Program-made: the position numbers and the translations under genes
Source of the DNA: Candidatus Peregrinibacteria bacterium
GTDB taxonomy: Bacteria > Patescibacteriota > Gracilibacteria > UBA1369
Length of the DNA stretch: 64,000 bases
Reading direction: 5' to 3'
Assembly (NCBI GenBank): GCA_963708185.1
Contig: OY970195.1
Coordinates: 384,001-448,000 of the forward strand
In this document: positions 50,388-60,000 of the stretch, piece by piece
How the letters are laid out: each line of letters starts with the position of its first letter
Position numbering within the stretch: position 1 is the stretch's first letter
The notes under the pieces: model-generated
What the model was told of the DNA's origin: nothing
Seen by the model: the letters and a program-made list of their open reading frames with translations, nothing else
Databases searched by the model: none

Positions 50388-50767
50388 GTATGTCTCACAA
50401 CCGTTATTTGACCATCATTGCCGCCGCCGGCGTCCTGAGTTGGGTCGCCTGGATCGTCGTGTTGAATAAGCTTGATCCGTTTGAATCCACGGGGCTTGCT
50501 TTGGGTTTGTTTTTTATCAGTCTGTTTTTTGCTTTGACCTGTACTTTCACGGTTGCCGGGTATTACTTCCGGGTTTGGCTGAACAAGAACGAGATTTTTT
50601 ACAGCCATATCAACGTGGCGTTCCGTCAGGGGATTTTGCTGACGTTGATTGCCGTGGGATGTTTGTTGTTCCAGCTTCTGGGTGTTCTGACCTGGTGGTC
50701 GGGTCTTCTTTTTATCGGAGCCGTGACTCTTGTGGAGTTTTATTTCATGGCGAAAGAGGAAGCGTAG
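50384..50767 (+). CDS. Hypothetical 4-TM membrane protein
   Basis: Hydrophobic ORF containing LDP and FRQGILL segments. Confidence 0.8.
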   Translation: MSMSHNRYLTIIAAAGVLSWVAWIVVLNKLDPFESTGLALGLFFISLFFALTCTFTVAGYYFRVWLNKNEIFYSHINVAFRQGILLTLIAVGCLLFQLLGVLTWWSGLLFIGAVTLVEFYFMAKEEA

Positions 50768-50818
50768 TTTTGCGTGAGCTGCGCTCTTGTTTTTTTGGGA
50801 TGAGTTTTTTGGATAAGG

Positions 50819-50952
50819 GAAACAGGCGCTTCGTCTTTGTCCGTGAACCGATCCGTGAGGATGGTTCGTGGAACGAACGAAACGCCTGTCTCTACCTTGT
50901 TGCTTGTTGAATGTACAGCGCATGGAGTCCGCAACGGCGCACCATACGCTGT
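50819..50952 (-). other. Two long hairpins 3' of the 182-aa gene
   Basis: Inverted repeats at 50819-50892 (acaggcg/cgcctgt, tccgtgaacc/ggttcgtgga) and 50915-50952 (acagcg.atgg/ccat.cgctgt). Confidence 0.7.
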
Positions 50953-50958
50953 TGACCG

Positions 50959-51507
50959 TCACGGCCCGCCGCTTGCGAAGACGGCCGGATTGCCGACCTG
51001 GGTGAGGTCGATGCGAACCGGGACCATCTTGGTCCCGTTGTGCGGCTTGGGCGTGGGCGGTGCGGTCGCGGGGGCGACGGCGGAGTCCGCGGGCTTGCCG
51101 CAATTGTCGGGACAGGGGATGTTGACCGTGATGGCGCTCGGGATGGCCGGCGCCTGCACGATCTGCTGAGGGACGCAGCGTTTCTTGCTGTTGTCCCAGA
51201 GCGTCCCGTCTCCGCAGGACTCGGGGGTCGGCTCTGCAGCGGTTTTCGTCGGATCCGCGTTGTTCGCCATGGGGGCGGACGTCGAGGCCGTCGTCGTCGA
51301 TGCGGTGCTCTTGGAAGAGCCTCCACGGAAGAGGTAGTACCCTCCGACGAGGAGCCCCAGGACCGCGAGCACTCCGAGAACCGCAGGCCACCGGCTCTTC
51401 TTGGGTGCCGGGGTTCCGAACAGGCCTTGCTGAGGGCCGGGGGGCGGGTTCGAGGGACTATTGCCCGGGTTCGTGGGCGGTGCGGGAGGCGGGTTCGAAT
51501 TCGACAT
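50959..51507 (-). CDS. Pro/Thr-rich single-pass membrane protein, GC-rich
   Basis: 182 aa; AAGGAG SD 6 nt before ATG; TM WPAVLGVLAVLGLLVGGYYLF; CGDGTLWDNSKKRC and CPDNC motifs. Confidence 0.8.
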   Translation of the reverse strand: MSNSNPPPAPPTNPGNSPSNPPPGPQQGLFGTPAPKKSRWPAVLGVLAVLGLLVGGYYLFRGGSSKSTASTTTASTSAPMANNADPTKTAAEPTPESCGDGTLWDNSKKRCVPQQIVQAPAIPSAITVNIPCPDNCGKPADSAVAPATAPPTPKPHNGTKMVPVRIDLTQVGNPAVFASGGP

Positions 51508-51519
51508 GCTAAACTCCTT

Positions 51520-51955
51520 TGCGCCGAAGCGCGTTTCTGATGAGACGCGCCACCATGGCGCATGCGTCGTTTGTTAGCAGCACCCAAAGGGTGCGTACTC
51601 CTGCCGAGGTAGACGCGAAAACCTCTGGGCATTGTACCAAACTGCGTCAACAACTTCCCAAGCCTAGAAACTTGTTCAAAACCCAAAGAAATTGTCAGCG
51701 GCAGCCCAGTGCACTGCCCAGAGATGCGCGTCCTAAAATAAGCAACAAAGCAGAGAGAGTATCTGCCTTTCGTAATCGTCCGTGCCATGGCCTTTTTAAG
51801 GGTCTTAGCCGGACCATCATCGCTGAAGGCAGGTTGCTCTCTGCTTGTTTTGATCTTGTTGTCAATGAGCTCGATCAACACGGTTTGAGCGCCCCGAAGT
51901 TCTTTTGGGTCGCCATAACAGTGAAAGAACAGCCTTTCTGACCTATTACAGGAAA
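51520..51955 (-). ncRNA. ~440-nt structured leader or ncRNA candidate
   Basis: Two rod-like hairpins (51611-51733 and 51744-51849) with G-U pairs mostly favouring the minus strand, plus short hairpins 51529-51550 and 51580-51594. Confidence 0.6.
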
Positions 51956-51962
51956 GGGTGTA

Positions 51963-51991
51963 ACTATACCAAAAAAAGGAGTTTTTGTCAA
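51963..51991 (-). promoter_or_regulatory. Consensus sigma70 promoter
   Basis: TTGACA-17 nt-TATAGT with TG extension on the minus strand. Confidence 0.8.
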
Positions 51992-52027
51992 TACTCTTTG
52001 GAGTGTTTTTCCGGTACGGTGGAAAGT

Positions 52028-52753
52028 CTAGATTTGATAGGCCGGATCGTTCAAAACGGCTATCTTGCTCAACGGCCAAAGGATGACCCAGGCTTTGCCT
52101 TCGATACGGTCGAGTTTAAGGTAGGGTGTATTGCCGTTTTGGTTGCATCCGCCGCTGGTGATACTTTCCTTGAAGCAGCTTCGGGCATCAGAACTTGCGG
52201 TACGGTTATCGCCCATCACGAAGTAGTTACCTTCCGGTACTTCAAAAACGGTTTCGTCTTCGGTGTATGGATGAGTGTTGCCGGAATTTACCGCATTGAG
52301 ATAAGGTTCATCGAGTTTATAGCCGTCCGGATGTTCTTTGTTGAAGATGTAGACGTCGCCGTTTTGGAGTTTGACCGTTTCTCCGGGCAATCCGATGACG
52401 CGTTTGATGAAGAACTCCTCGTCGTTGGTTGGTGGGCGAAAGACAATGACGTCACCGCGTTTGGGCAGACCGACCTGCCATCCGAGGAAATTCTGATAGC
52501 CGAATTTGTTGACGATGATGTACTCACCGTAGCCGTGTTGGCAGGAATTATCGATGTTATTGAGCGTGTCGCACATGGAAGGCCCGTATACCTGGAACGG
52601 TGAGATCAAAAAAGTGCGGATCACGAAAACCATGGCCGCGATAATCACCAGATTGAGGAGAATATCGAGGGCGAAGAGAATCGATGCTTTATGCTTTTTG
52701 AAGAACTCCTTCACAATATCGCCGTTGGTCACCCTGGGTTGCTGTTCGTCCAT
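52028..52753 (-). CDS. lepB: Signal peptidase I
   Basis: PFQVYGPSM, RGDVIVF, FIKRVIGLPGE, YFVMGDNR..SSDAR. Confidence 0.96.
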   Translation of the reverse strand: MDEQQPRVTNGDIVKEFFKKHKASILFALDILLNLVIIAAMVFVIRTFLISPFQVYGPSMCDTLNNIDNSCQHGYGEYIIVNKFGYQNFLGWQVGLPKRGDVIVFRPPTNDEEFFIKRVIGLPGETVKLQNGDVYIFNKEHPDGYKLDEPYLNAVNSGNTHPYTEDETVFEVPEGNYFVMGDNRTASSDARSCFKESITSGGCNQNGNTPYLKLDRIEGKAWVILWPLSKIAVLNDPAYQI

Positions 52754-52873
52754 CGTCAGTAGTCGTAAGAGAAAACAAATTAGAAAATTTGCTCATCCAC
52801 TTTAACCCGAATGCCCTTTCTTTACAAGGAAAGTTGATTATAGTACGCTTATGGAAGCTCATGACAAGCTTTT

Positions 52874-53491
52874 ATGAAGAAGATTCCCCAGCTTTTGTTC
52901 CAACCTCATCTTGATCCGGGAGAAGAAGTGCTCGAAGTGTTCCACCGTCATCCATTCATCATTCTTCCGAGCCTTGGTCGGATCTTGTTTTTCACCTTTC
53001 TGGTGCCGCTTTTTTTGTTTTATCTTTTTCCTGAATTTTCAATATTCTTTTTTATCTGGATGGGAATCGGGTGCATACGTCTGGTCTATCTTTTTTTTAA
53101 TTGGTATCACGACGCTCTTCTCGTCACCAACGTGAGCCTACTCAAGACATACTGGAGCGGATTTTTCGACCGATCATCGTCGAGACTGGAGTACCCGATG
53201 ATTGAAGGTATCAGTTATGCCATTCAGGGATTCCGCAGGACGGTTTTCAATTACGGTCACGTTCACGTCAACAGGTCAGGCGGTTCCTCCGTTCTTGAAC
53301 TTCCGGACGCCATGAACCCCCCGAAAGTCGAAAGGGTCATTCTTTCCCATCAGGAACAGTTCGTGACCGATCAAAGCATGAAAGATTCCGAAACCCTGAA
53401 AAGTCTTTTGGTGACGATGATCCGTCAGCATAATAAAGATGCCGGCTCCCAGGATGACGGTCAAGGAAAGGCTTCCCCTTCGAAGAAATAA
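52874..53491 (+). CDS. Membrane protein with bacterial PH-like domain
   Basis: LDPGEEV...HRHP, two TMs, LLVTN, FNYGHV. Confidence 0.75.
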   Translation: MKKIPQLLFQPHLDPGEEVLEVFHRHPFIILPSLGRILFFTFLVPLFLFYLFPEFSIFFFIWMGIGCIRLVYLFFNWYHDALLVTNVSLLKTYWSGFFDRSSSRLEYPMIEGISYAIQGFRRTVFNYGHVHVNRSGGSSVLELPDAMNPPKVERVILSHQEQFVTDQSMKDSETLKSLLVTMIRQHNKDAGSQDDGQGKASPSKK

Positions 53492-53493
53492 AA

Positions 53494-53901
53494 ATGATTT
53501 CCATGAATTTATATCTCTATTTAGCGATTTTTCTGGCGGTCGATCTGCTCTTGGTTATTTATGTCGTCTATCGTCGTTCAAAGAAGAGGTTCAGCTCTGG
53601 TGAAATACGTTTTTTTCATGCACAGTGGAAAAAGATTTCCGGGCTGAGTGATCCCAAACATGCCATTCTCGATGCCGATAAGCTTCTTCACGCCGTTTTG
53701 CAAAAAAAAGGATACAGCGGGAACGTCGGCGACCAGCTTAAAAGAGCGGGTAAACTTTTCAGCGACGTCAATGCCGTCTGGTATGCCCACAAGCTCAGAA
53801 ACCGCATCGCCCACGAGCTCGACATGAAACTCACGGAAGCGGAGAGGCACAGGGCCCTGCGTTCCTACGAAAAAGTTCTCAAAGACCTCGGCGCTTTATG
53901 A
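53494..53901 (+). CDS. Conserved hypothetical protein
   Basis: N-terminal TM; AILDADKLL..L...GY.G..GDQLK...W.AHKLRNRIAHE. Confidence 0.8.
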   Translation: MISMNLYLYLAIFLAVDLLLVIYVVYRRSKKRFSSGEIRFFHAQWKKISGLSDPKHAILDADKLLHAVLQKKGYSGNVGDQLKRAGKLFSDVNAVWYAHKLRNRIAHELDMKLTEAERHRALRSYEKVLKDLGAL

Positions 53902-54488
53902 AAAAGCATAAAAAATACGTCCTCGGAATTGGAGGATACATCGGTTCCGGGAAGTCCACTGCCGGCAAGTTTTTCCAGAAACTCGGTGCGCGTTTCATTG
54001 ATGCCGATGAAGTTGTCGACGAGCTTTATGGGGAAGGGGAGGATGGTTATCGTAAAATCCTGAGTTTTTTCGGCGAAGAGTATTTTCTGAAAGACGGAAG
54101 GTTGAACCGTAAAAAGCTCGCGAAGACCGTTTTTAACGACCCCAAGAAATTGCGGATTCTTCACGACCTGATCCATCCTCTTGTCACGAATCGAATCCAG
54201 CAGATGGTCGATCGGGAGGATGCGCGGGTTTTTGTCCTGGAAGCAACTTATTTTGAAAAAAAACATCTCAAGGCTTTGATTGACGGTTTGTTATGGATTG
54301 ACTGCCCAAAGAACGTCGCCTTTGAAAGGTTGCGAAAAATCAGACCCATCGAACGATCTCTTTTTGAGAAAATTCTGCGCATTCAGGTACAACCGTTAAA
54401 AAAGGATTTTGTCGTGGACAACAGCGGTTCAAGGCAGAAGTTCGAAGATTCACTGCTGAAGGTTTGGAAACGGATCGATAGGAGTTGA
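53898..54488 (+). CDS. coaE: Dephospho-CoA kinase
   Basis: GIGGYIGSGKST, IDAD, LNRKKLA..VF, L..LIHPLV. Confidence 0.93.
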   Translation: MKKHKKYVLGIGGYIGSGKSTAGKFFQKLGARFIDADEVVDELYGEGEDGYRKILSFFGEEYFLKDGRLNRKKLAKTVFNDPKKLRILHDLIHPLVTNRIQQMVDREDARVFVLEATYFEKKHLKALIDGLLWIDCPKNVAFERLRKIRPIERSLFEKILRIQVQPLKKDFVVDNSGSRQKFEDSLLKVWKRIDRS

Positions 54489-54542
54489 GTTTTCGGACTT
54501 TTTTTGGTAAAGTTGAAGAAGTTTTTTAGGCATGTCCAAGTT

Positions 54543-55979
54543 ATGAATGATCGTTTTGAATCAGTTATAGGACTGGAGATTCACGCCCAGATTTCGACGA
54601 AGACGAAAATGTTCTGTACATGCAGCAGCGATGCCTTCAATCATGAGCCGAACATCAACACGTGTCCGATCTGCATGGGTTTCCCGGGACAGCTTCCCGT
54701 CATTAACAAAGAAGCTGTCCACAAGGGCCTGAAAGCGGCAGTGGCGCTCCATTGCCAGATTCCGTCTTTTTCCAAGTTTGACCGCAAGAACTATTTTTAT
54801 CCCGACCTTCCGAAAGGATTCCAGATTTCCCAGTACGATCAACCGGTTTCATTGAACGGGTGGCTCGAAATCCAGGTGAACGGTGAGAAAAAGAAAGTCC
54901 GCATCACCCGTCTGCACCTTGAAGATGACGCGGGGAAACTGACGCACGTTGAAGGCGGTACGTTGTGCGATTATAACCGTTCGGGTATCGCTTTGATGGA
55001 GATTGTCAGTGAACCCGATATCCGGAATCCCGAAGAGGCAAGCTCTTACGCCAAAACGGTCCAGACGATTCTCCGCTATGTCGGCTCTTCGGAAGCGGAT
55101 ATGGAAAAAGGAATGATGCGTTTTGACGCCAGTGTCAGTATCCGTCCGAAAGGAGATACCAACCTCTATCCGCGCGCTGAAATCAAGAATTTGAACTCTT
55201 TCAAATCACTCGAAGCTGCCATTGCTTACGAGATAGAACGTCAGATCTTCCTGTGGGACGAGGGTAAACCCTTGAATGGGGATATCACCGTCGGATGGAG
55301 TGACGATCATCAAAAGACCTATTTTCTTCGCGATAAAGAAGGTGCCGATGATTACCGTTATTTTCCTGAACCCGACCTCCCGCCTTTGCTCGTGACACCT
55401 GATTTTATCGATAAACTCAAGAGTGAAGTGCCGGAACTGCCGGTGGAAAAATTGGAACGTTACCGGAGCGAATGGAATATTTCCGAAGCGGAGGCCGCCC
55501 TTTTAAGCTCCCAGATTGAACTGGCGAGGTATTTTGAAGAGGTTGTCGCGGCAACAGAGGATCCAAAGAAAGCCGCGACGTTTATCACTACGATCCTCAT
55601 GAGTCATCTGAACAGGGACGGTTTTTCCATCGGCGAAACCAAAATAAAAACCCCGATGATGTCCAAACTCATCACGATGGTTAATGAAGGGAAAGTTTCG
55701 ATGAATCTCGCGAAAAGCGAGGTTTTCGAGTCGATGTATATGGATGGGAAAGATCCTGAGGACGTCGTGAAGGAAAAAGGGCTTGTCCAGATGAACGATG
55801 CCGGAAAACTTGAGGAGATCTGCAAGAAAGTTATAGCTGATAATGCCAAGTCGGTTGAGGATTACAAGGCGGGGAAACAGGCGGCTTTGCAGTTCCTGGT
55901 CGGGAAAGTCATGAAAGAGACGAGGGGACAGGCCAATGCCGTGATGGTGCTGGATCTCTTGAAAAAGCTCGCTGGATAG
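54543..55979 (+). CDS. gatB: Asp/Glu-tRNA amidotransferase subunit B
   Basis: VIGLEIHAQ, FDRKNYFYPDLPKGFQISQY, EIKNLNSF, DYRYFPEPDLPP. Confidence 0.99.
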   Translation: MNDRFESVIGLEIHAQISTKTKMFCTCSSDAFNHEPNINTCPICMGFPGQLPVINKEAVHKGLKAAVALHCQIPSFSKFDRKNYFYPDLPKGFQISQYDQPVSLNGWLEIQVNGEKKKVRITRLHLEDDAGKLTHVEGGTLCDYNRSGIALMEIVSEPDIRNPEEASSYAKTVQTILRYVGSSEADMEKGMMRFDASVSIRPKGDTNLYPRAEIKNLNSFKSLEAAIAYEIERQIFLWDEGKPLNGDITVGWSDDHQKTYFLRDKEGADDYRYFPEPDLPPLLVTPDFIDKLKSEVPELPVEKLERYRSEWNISEAEAALLSSQIELARYFEEVVAATEDPKKAATFITTILMSHLNRDGFSIGETKIKTPMMSKLITMVNEGKVSMNLAKSEVFESMYMDGKDPEDVVKEKGLVQMNDAGKLEEICKKVIADNAKSVEDYKAGKQAALQFLVGKVMKETRGQANAVMVLDLLKKLAG

Positions 55980-56025
55980 ACTGCATAACTTGTCAAAAAT
56001 TATTATTTATTAATCAAACAAAATT

Positions 56026-56349
56026 ATGGATCCATTGTCATTTCTTTACATAGCCCTCGGCGTTGGTTTTCTCCTCGTTGCGATTTTTCTTTGCGCCACG
56101 CTTATCTACATTATTCAGATTTTACGCGACGTCACCAAGATAACCGATAACATCAGTGAGACGACCGAACGCGTCAACGATTATCTTGTTCAGCCTTTTG
56201 CTTTTTTGAGTAGTGCCAGCGAATACATTAAGCCCATTTTGGAGACTTTAAAGAATAAACGCGGGGAGCTCAACGATCTTGTGAATGAGAAAGTTCATAA
56301 AGCGGCAAAAAAAGTACGGAAAAAGATGAAGGAAATGGATGAGGAGTGA
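56026..56349 (+). CDS. Hypothetical membrane-anchored coiled-coil protein (DUF948-like)
   Basis: N-terminal TM followed by amphipathic helices. Confidence 0.7.
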   Translation: MDPLSFLYIALGVGFLLVAIFLCATLIYIIQILRDVTKITDNISETTERVNDYLVQPFAFLSSASEYIKPILETLKNKRGELNDLVNEKVHKAAKKVRKKMKEMDEE

Positions 56350-56370
56350 TCTTTTTTTATGATGAAAACG

Positions 56371-56407
56371 GCAGCCTCTTCACGTTTTTGTGGATAGGCT
56401 GTTTTTT
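56371..56407 (+). terminator. Intrinsic terminator
   Basis: gcagcct...aggctgt followed by a T run. Confidence 0.6.
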
Positions 56408-56474
56408 GAACGTGCCTCTTGCCTTTTTTAGAAATTGTGGTTATACTCCTACCTCATCATTTTTTCTTCGCGTT

Positions 56475-58055
56475 ATGGCAACTCAATCACGTTCCCGTCT
56501 TATCCGTAGAATTGTCTACGTTTTGGTAGGCATCGTTATCGTCGGATTTATCGTCAGCCGTTTTCTTGCGGCACCAAAAGGCCCTGAATATATTACGGCC
56601 AAGGCTGAAATGGGCGATGTCCAGCAAACGGTGGCTCTGACCGGCACAACCGAGCCGAAGACTCGTTACCAGCTTCAGTTTGCAAAAAGCGGTACCGTGG
56701 GACAAATACTTGTCCAGGTGGGGAGCGTGGTGAAGCAGGGTGATGTCCTTGCTGTTTTGAAAAATGATGATGCCCGGTATCAACTGGATTCACAGAAGGC
56801 GGTTTTACATATAGCCCAAGCGAATCTTGCCAAGGCTGTTGCCGGAAAACCTTCACAGGAAGTGAATGTGAGCAAACTGCAGATCGATTTGGCCCAAGCA
56901 GGTGTCGACGGCGCGAACGCTTCAAGGAATGATTTCAATACTTTGTCCGAAAAAACCTTGAACAGTGCATACATTGCGGAACACACCGCAAAAACGTCGC
57001 TTGATCAGGCTCAGGATACTTACAATTATACCTTTCAGAGCATTCAGGATACTACATGGGATCACCCTTCCAATCCTGTGTATGACAGCGGATACTATTT
57101 TGGTGATCTTCGCGGTTCATTACCGCAGACAGATACGTCGGCCATGGATCCGGGCGCTTCGGCTTCCGCGTCAACAAGCTCATACGGATCTTCCTCCTAC
57201 AGTCCGACCGGCAGCTATTTAGGGAACGTCAACAGCCTTCAGAACGCTGAGTTTGCCGTACAAAAGGCCCAGGAAGCCTATGATCAGGCCAAGGAAGCGT
57301 ACGATAAAGCCGTAGCTGACCTCAAAAACCAGACGGATCAGCTCGACAGCACCGTGACGAAAGCCAATATTTCCCTTCAGAACGCAAAAGAGCAGTATAA
57401 TCTGACAGTAGCCGCACCGAGAGACGTTGACATCGCTCCGTTGAAAGCCCAGGTCGACCAGGCCTGGACCGGCGTGAACCTTGCTCAATACCAACTTGAT
57501 CAGACCGAGTTGAAGTCACCGACCGACGGAATCGTTACCGATATCGCTTCCGATGTCGGTGAAACAGCCGGACTCTCACAGCCTTTCATCACCGTCGACT
57601 CCAAGTACCTTTACATTAAAGCGCTTGTTTCCGAAGCCGACATCGCCAAGATCAAGGTCGGTCAGGACGTTGATCTTACTTTCGACGCCTTTGGTTCAGA
57701 TCAAGCATTCAAAGGAAACGTCTATGAGGTGGATCCTTCCGAGACGATCGTCCAGGGCGTGGTGTATTATGTCGTCAAAGTCCAGTTCGATGCCAATAAT
57801 CAAGCAGTCAAACCCGGCATGACCGCAAATCTGACGATTCACTCGCAATCAAAATCCAATATCTTGGAAGTTCCGGCCCGTGCCATCCAGTATGACGGAA
57901 ACCAGGCCTACGTCCAGGTTCTCAAAACCACGGACAACAAGCAGGAGGTCGAACAACGTGACATCCAGGTCGGTCTCCAGGGAGATGAAAACGTGGAAGT
58001 CGTTTCCGGCCTTGAGAACGGTGAGGACGTCGTCACCTTTACTAAAACAACCTAA
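56475..58055 (+). CDS. Efflux membrane-fusion/adaptor protein (MacA/YknX-like)
   Basis: [24 protein letters not shown], long coiled coil, [34 protein letters not shown]. Confidence 0.92.
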   Translation: MATQSRSRLIRRIVYVLVGIVIVGFIVSRFLAAPKGPEYITAKAEMGDVQQTVALTGTTEPKTRYQLQFAKSGTVGQILVQVGSVVKQGDVLAVLKNDDARYQLDSQKAVLHIAQANLAKAVAGKPSQEVNVSKLQIDLAQAGVDGANASRNDFNTLSEKTLNSAYIAEHTAKTSLDQAQDTYNYTFQSIQDTTWDHPSNPVYDSGYYFGDLRGSLPQTDTSAMDPGASASASTSSYGSSSYSPTGSYLGNVNSLQNAEFAVQKAQEAYDQAKEAYDKAVADLKNQTDQLDSTVTKANISLQNAKEQYNLTVAAPRDVDIAPLKAQVDQAWTGVNLAQYQLDQTELKSPTDGIVTDIASDVGETAGLSQPFITVDSKYLYIKALVSEADIAKIKVGQDVDLTFDAFGSDQAFKGNVYEVDPSETIVQGVVYYVVKVQFDANNQAVKPGMTANLTIHSQSKSNILEVPARAIQYDGNQAYVQVLKTTDNKQEVEQRDIQVGLQGDENVEVVSGLENGEDVVTFTKTT

Positions 58056-58057
58056 TC

Positions 58058-58768
58058 ATGAACTCACTCATCTCTCTCCACGACATCACCAAAGAATACG
58101 TCATGGGGGAGGGGGAGCGCAGTGTGACGACCCGTGCACTTCGCGGCGTCTCCCTCTCCATTCAGGAAGGTGAATTTGTCGCGATCATCGGGCACTCAGG
58201 ATCGGGAAAATCCACGCTCATGCATATTCTCGGTTTTCTGGATTCTCCCTCGGGAGGCAAGTACGTCTTCGACGGACGCGAAACCTCCAAATATGATGAG
58301 GACGAACTTGCCGATATTCGCAGCCAGAAAGTCGGATTTGTTTTCCAGGCGTTCAATCTGCTTCCGAGGACTTCGGCTGTCGATAATGTCAGACTTCCCC
58401 TTATTTATCAGGGCGTTTCGATGAAGGAACAGAAGGAACGTGCCGAGGAAGCGCTTGTTCGCGTCGGCCTCAGTGACCGTCTCACCCATAAACCCAATGA
58501 ACTTTCAGGAGGTCAACAGCAGCGCGTCGCAATCGCTCGAGCTTTGATTACCAATCCTCGCCTTATTCTTGCCGATGAGCCGACCGGAAATCTCGACACC
58601 AAATCTTCCGAAGAGATCGTTGCGCTGTTCAAGAAGTTGAATGCTGAAGGACGAACGATAATTCTGGTTACCCATGAAATGGACGTCGCTCAGATAGCCA
58701 AAAGAATCGTCACCATCCGTGACGGCAATGTTATTGCCGATGAACAAAACCATTTATGGAAATCCTAA
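58058..58768 (+). CDS. ABC transporter ATP-binding protein (MacB/LolD-like)
   Basis: [44 protein letters not shown]. Confidence 0.96.
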   Translation: MNSLISLHDITKEYVMGEGERSVTTRALRGVSLSIQEGEFVAIIGHSGSGKSTLMHILGFLDSPSGGKYVFDGRETSKYDEDELADIRSQKVGFVFQAFNLLPRTSAVDNVRLPLIYQGVSMKEQKERAEEALVRVGLSDRLTHKPNELSGGQQQRVAIARALITNPRLILADEPTGNLDTKSSEEIVALFKKLNAEGRTIILVTHEMDVAQIAKRIVTIRDGNVIADEQNHLWKS

Positions 58769-60000
58769 ATATCATCAAACTCGCGTGGAATGGGCTTATC
58801 ACCAATAAAAGCCGTTCGTTCCTGACGATGTTGGGGATTATCATCGGCGTGGCTTCGGTGATTATTATTATTTCTGCCGGCGCCGGAGCGCAAAGTTTGA
58901 TTACGAATCAGGTCAGCAGTCTTGGATCGAATCTGATCGGTGTGCTGCCGGGGCAGGGAGGGACCAACGGCCCTCCGGCTTCCGTATACGGTGTCGTCAT
59001 CACGACACTGAAATATGAAGACGCCGTCGCGATGATCAAAGGTCCGAATGCCATTTCGCACCTCGAAGCCGTTACGGCGTATGCTCGCGGGCAGGAGAAC
59101 GTTTCTTACACAAATAAAACCGTCAATGTTCCTTTGAACGGGGTGATGGCGATGTATCCGCAAGTTATCGATGAGACCATCGAAGAAGGCAGATTTTTCA
59201 ATGAAGAAGAAGAGAAGAATCTGGCCAAAGTCGTCGTGCTCGGTTATCAGGTAAAACAGGATCTTTTCGGCAGTCTTGATCCGATCGGCAAAACGGTGAA
59301 GGTCGGGAACGAGAAACTTCAGGTCATCGGATATTTTTCCGAAAAAGGTACCGTCGCTTTCCAGAATCTTGACGATCAGATTTACCTTCCCATCAGCACC
59401 GCCCAGAAAATCATCATCGGTGTCAATTATGTCGGCGTTATCCGCGCGAAAGCCGATTCCGACAAGTACGTTGATCAGGTCATGGAGGATATGCGCCGGA
59501 CCCTGCGTCTTCGACATCATATCACCGACCCTGCGAACGACGATTTTTCGGTTTTGAGTTCGAACGCTGCTTTGTCCGCCATCAAAGGAGTGACCGATGC
59601 CATAACGATGGTTCTTGCAGCGGTGGCTGCGATTTCTCTCCTCGTCGGAGGAGTCGGAATTATGAATATCATGCTTGTCGTGGTGGCGGAAAGGACCCGC
59701 GAGATCGGCCTTCGTAAAGCAATCGGTGCCAAGCCCTCCAATGTCCGTAATCAGTTTTTGGTGGAGTCGGTCTTTGTGACGCTCTGTGGAGGAATCATCG
59801 GGATTCTTCTGGGGATGCTCGTGACGACGATCGTGGCTTTGATTATTCAGGCACTTGGCTACAACTGGGATCTGAGTTTCTCCATGAATGCCATGATCGT
59901 GGGAGTCGGTGTCTCCAGTGCGATCGGAATTATTTTCGGTTACTACCCCGCCAGAAAAGCATCCAAATTACCCGCCATTGAAGCGCTTCGCTATGAATAA
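58756..60000 (+). CDS. ABC transporter permease (MacB/FtsX-like)
   Basis: [48 protein letters not shown]. Confidence 0.96.
   Translation: MEILNIIKLAWNGLITNKSRSFLTMLGIIIGVASVIIIISAGAGAQSLITNQVSSLGSNLIGVLPGQGGTNGPPASVYGVVITTLKYEDAVAMIKGPNAISHLEAVTAYARGQENVSYTNKTVNVPLNGVMAMYPQVIDETIEEGRFFNEEEEKNLAKVVVLGYQVKQDLFGSLDPIGKTVKVGNEKLQVIGYFSEKGTVAFQNLDDQIYLPISTAQKIIIGVNYVGVIRAKADSDKYVDQVMEDMRRTLRLRHHITDPANDDFSVLSSNAALSAIKGVTDAITMVLAAVAAISLLVGGVGIMNIMLVVVAERTREIGLRKAIGAKPSNVRNQFLVESVFVTLCGGIIGILLGMLVTTIVALIIQALGYNWDLSFSMNAMIVGVGVSSAIGIIFGYYPARKASKLPAIEALRYE

Noticed and set aside
51537-51620. CTGATGA...GAAA hammerhead ribozyme-like core on the plus strand
   Set aside because: The stem after CTGATGA closes at gcgtc followed by GTTT, not GAAA, and the later GAAA has no compatible stem II. 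The promoter points to the other strand
50892-52079. 395-aa and 364-aa minus-strand ORFs overlapping the GC-rich locus
   Set aside because: Arg/Pro-rich shadow frames of GC-rich DNA; the 395-aa frame also runs through a consensus promoter and both overlap real genes. The 182-aa frame has the SD, TM and codon bias
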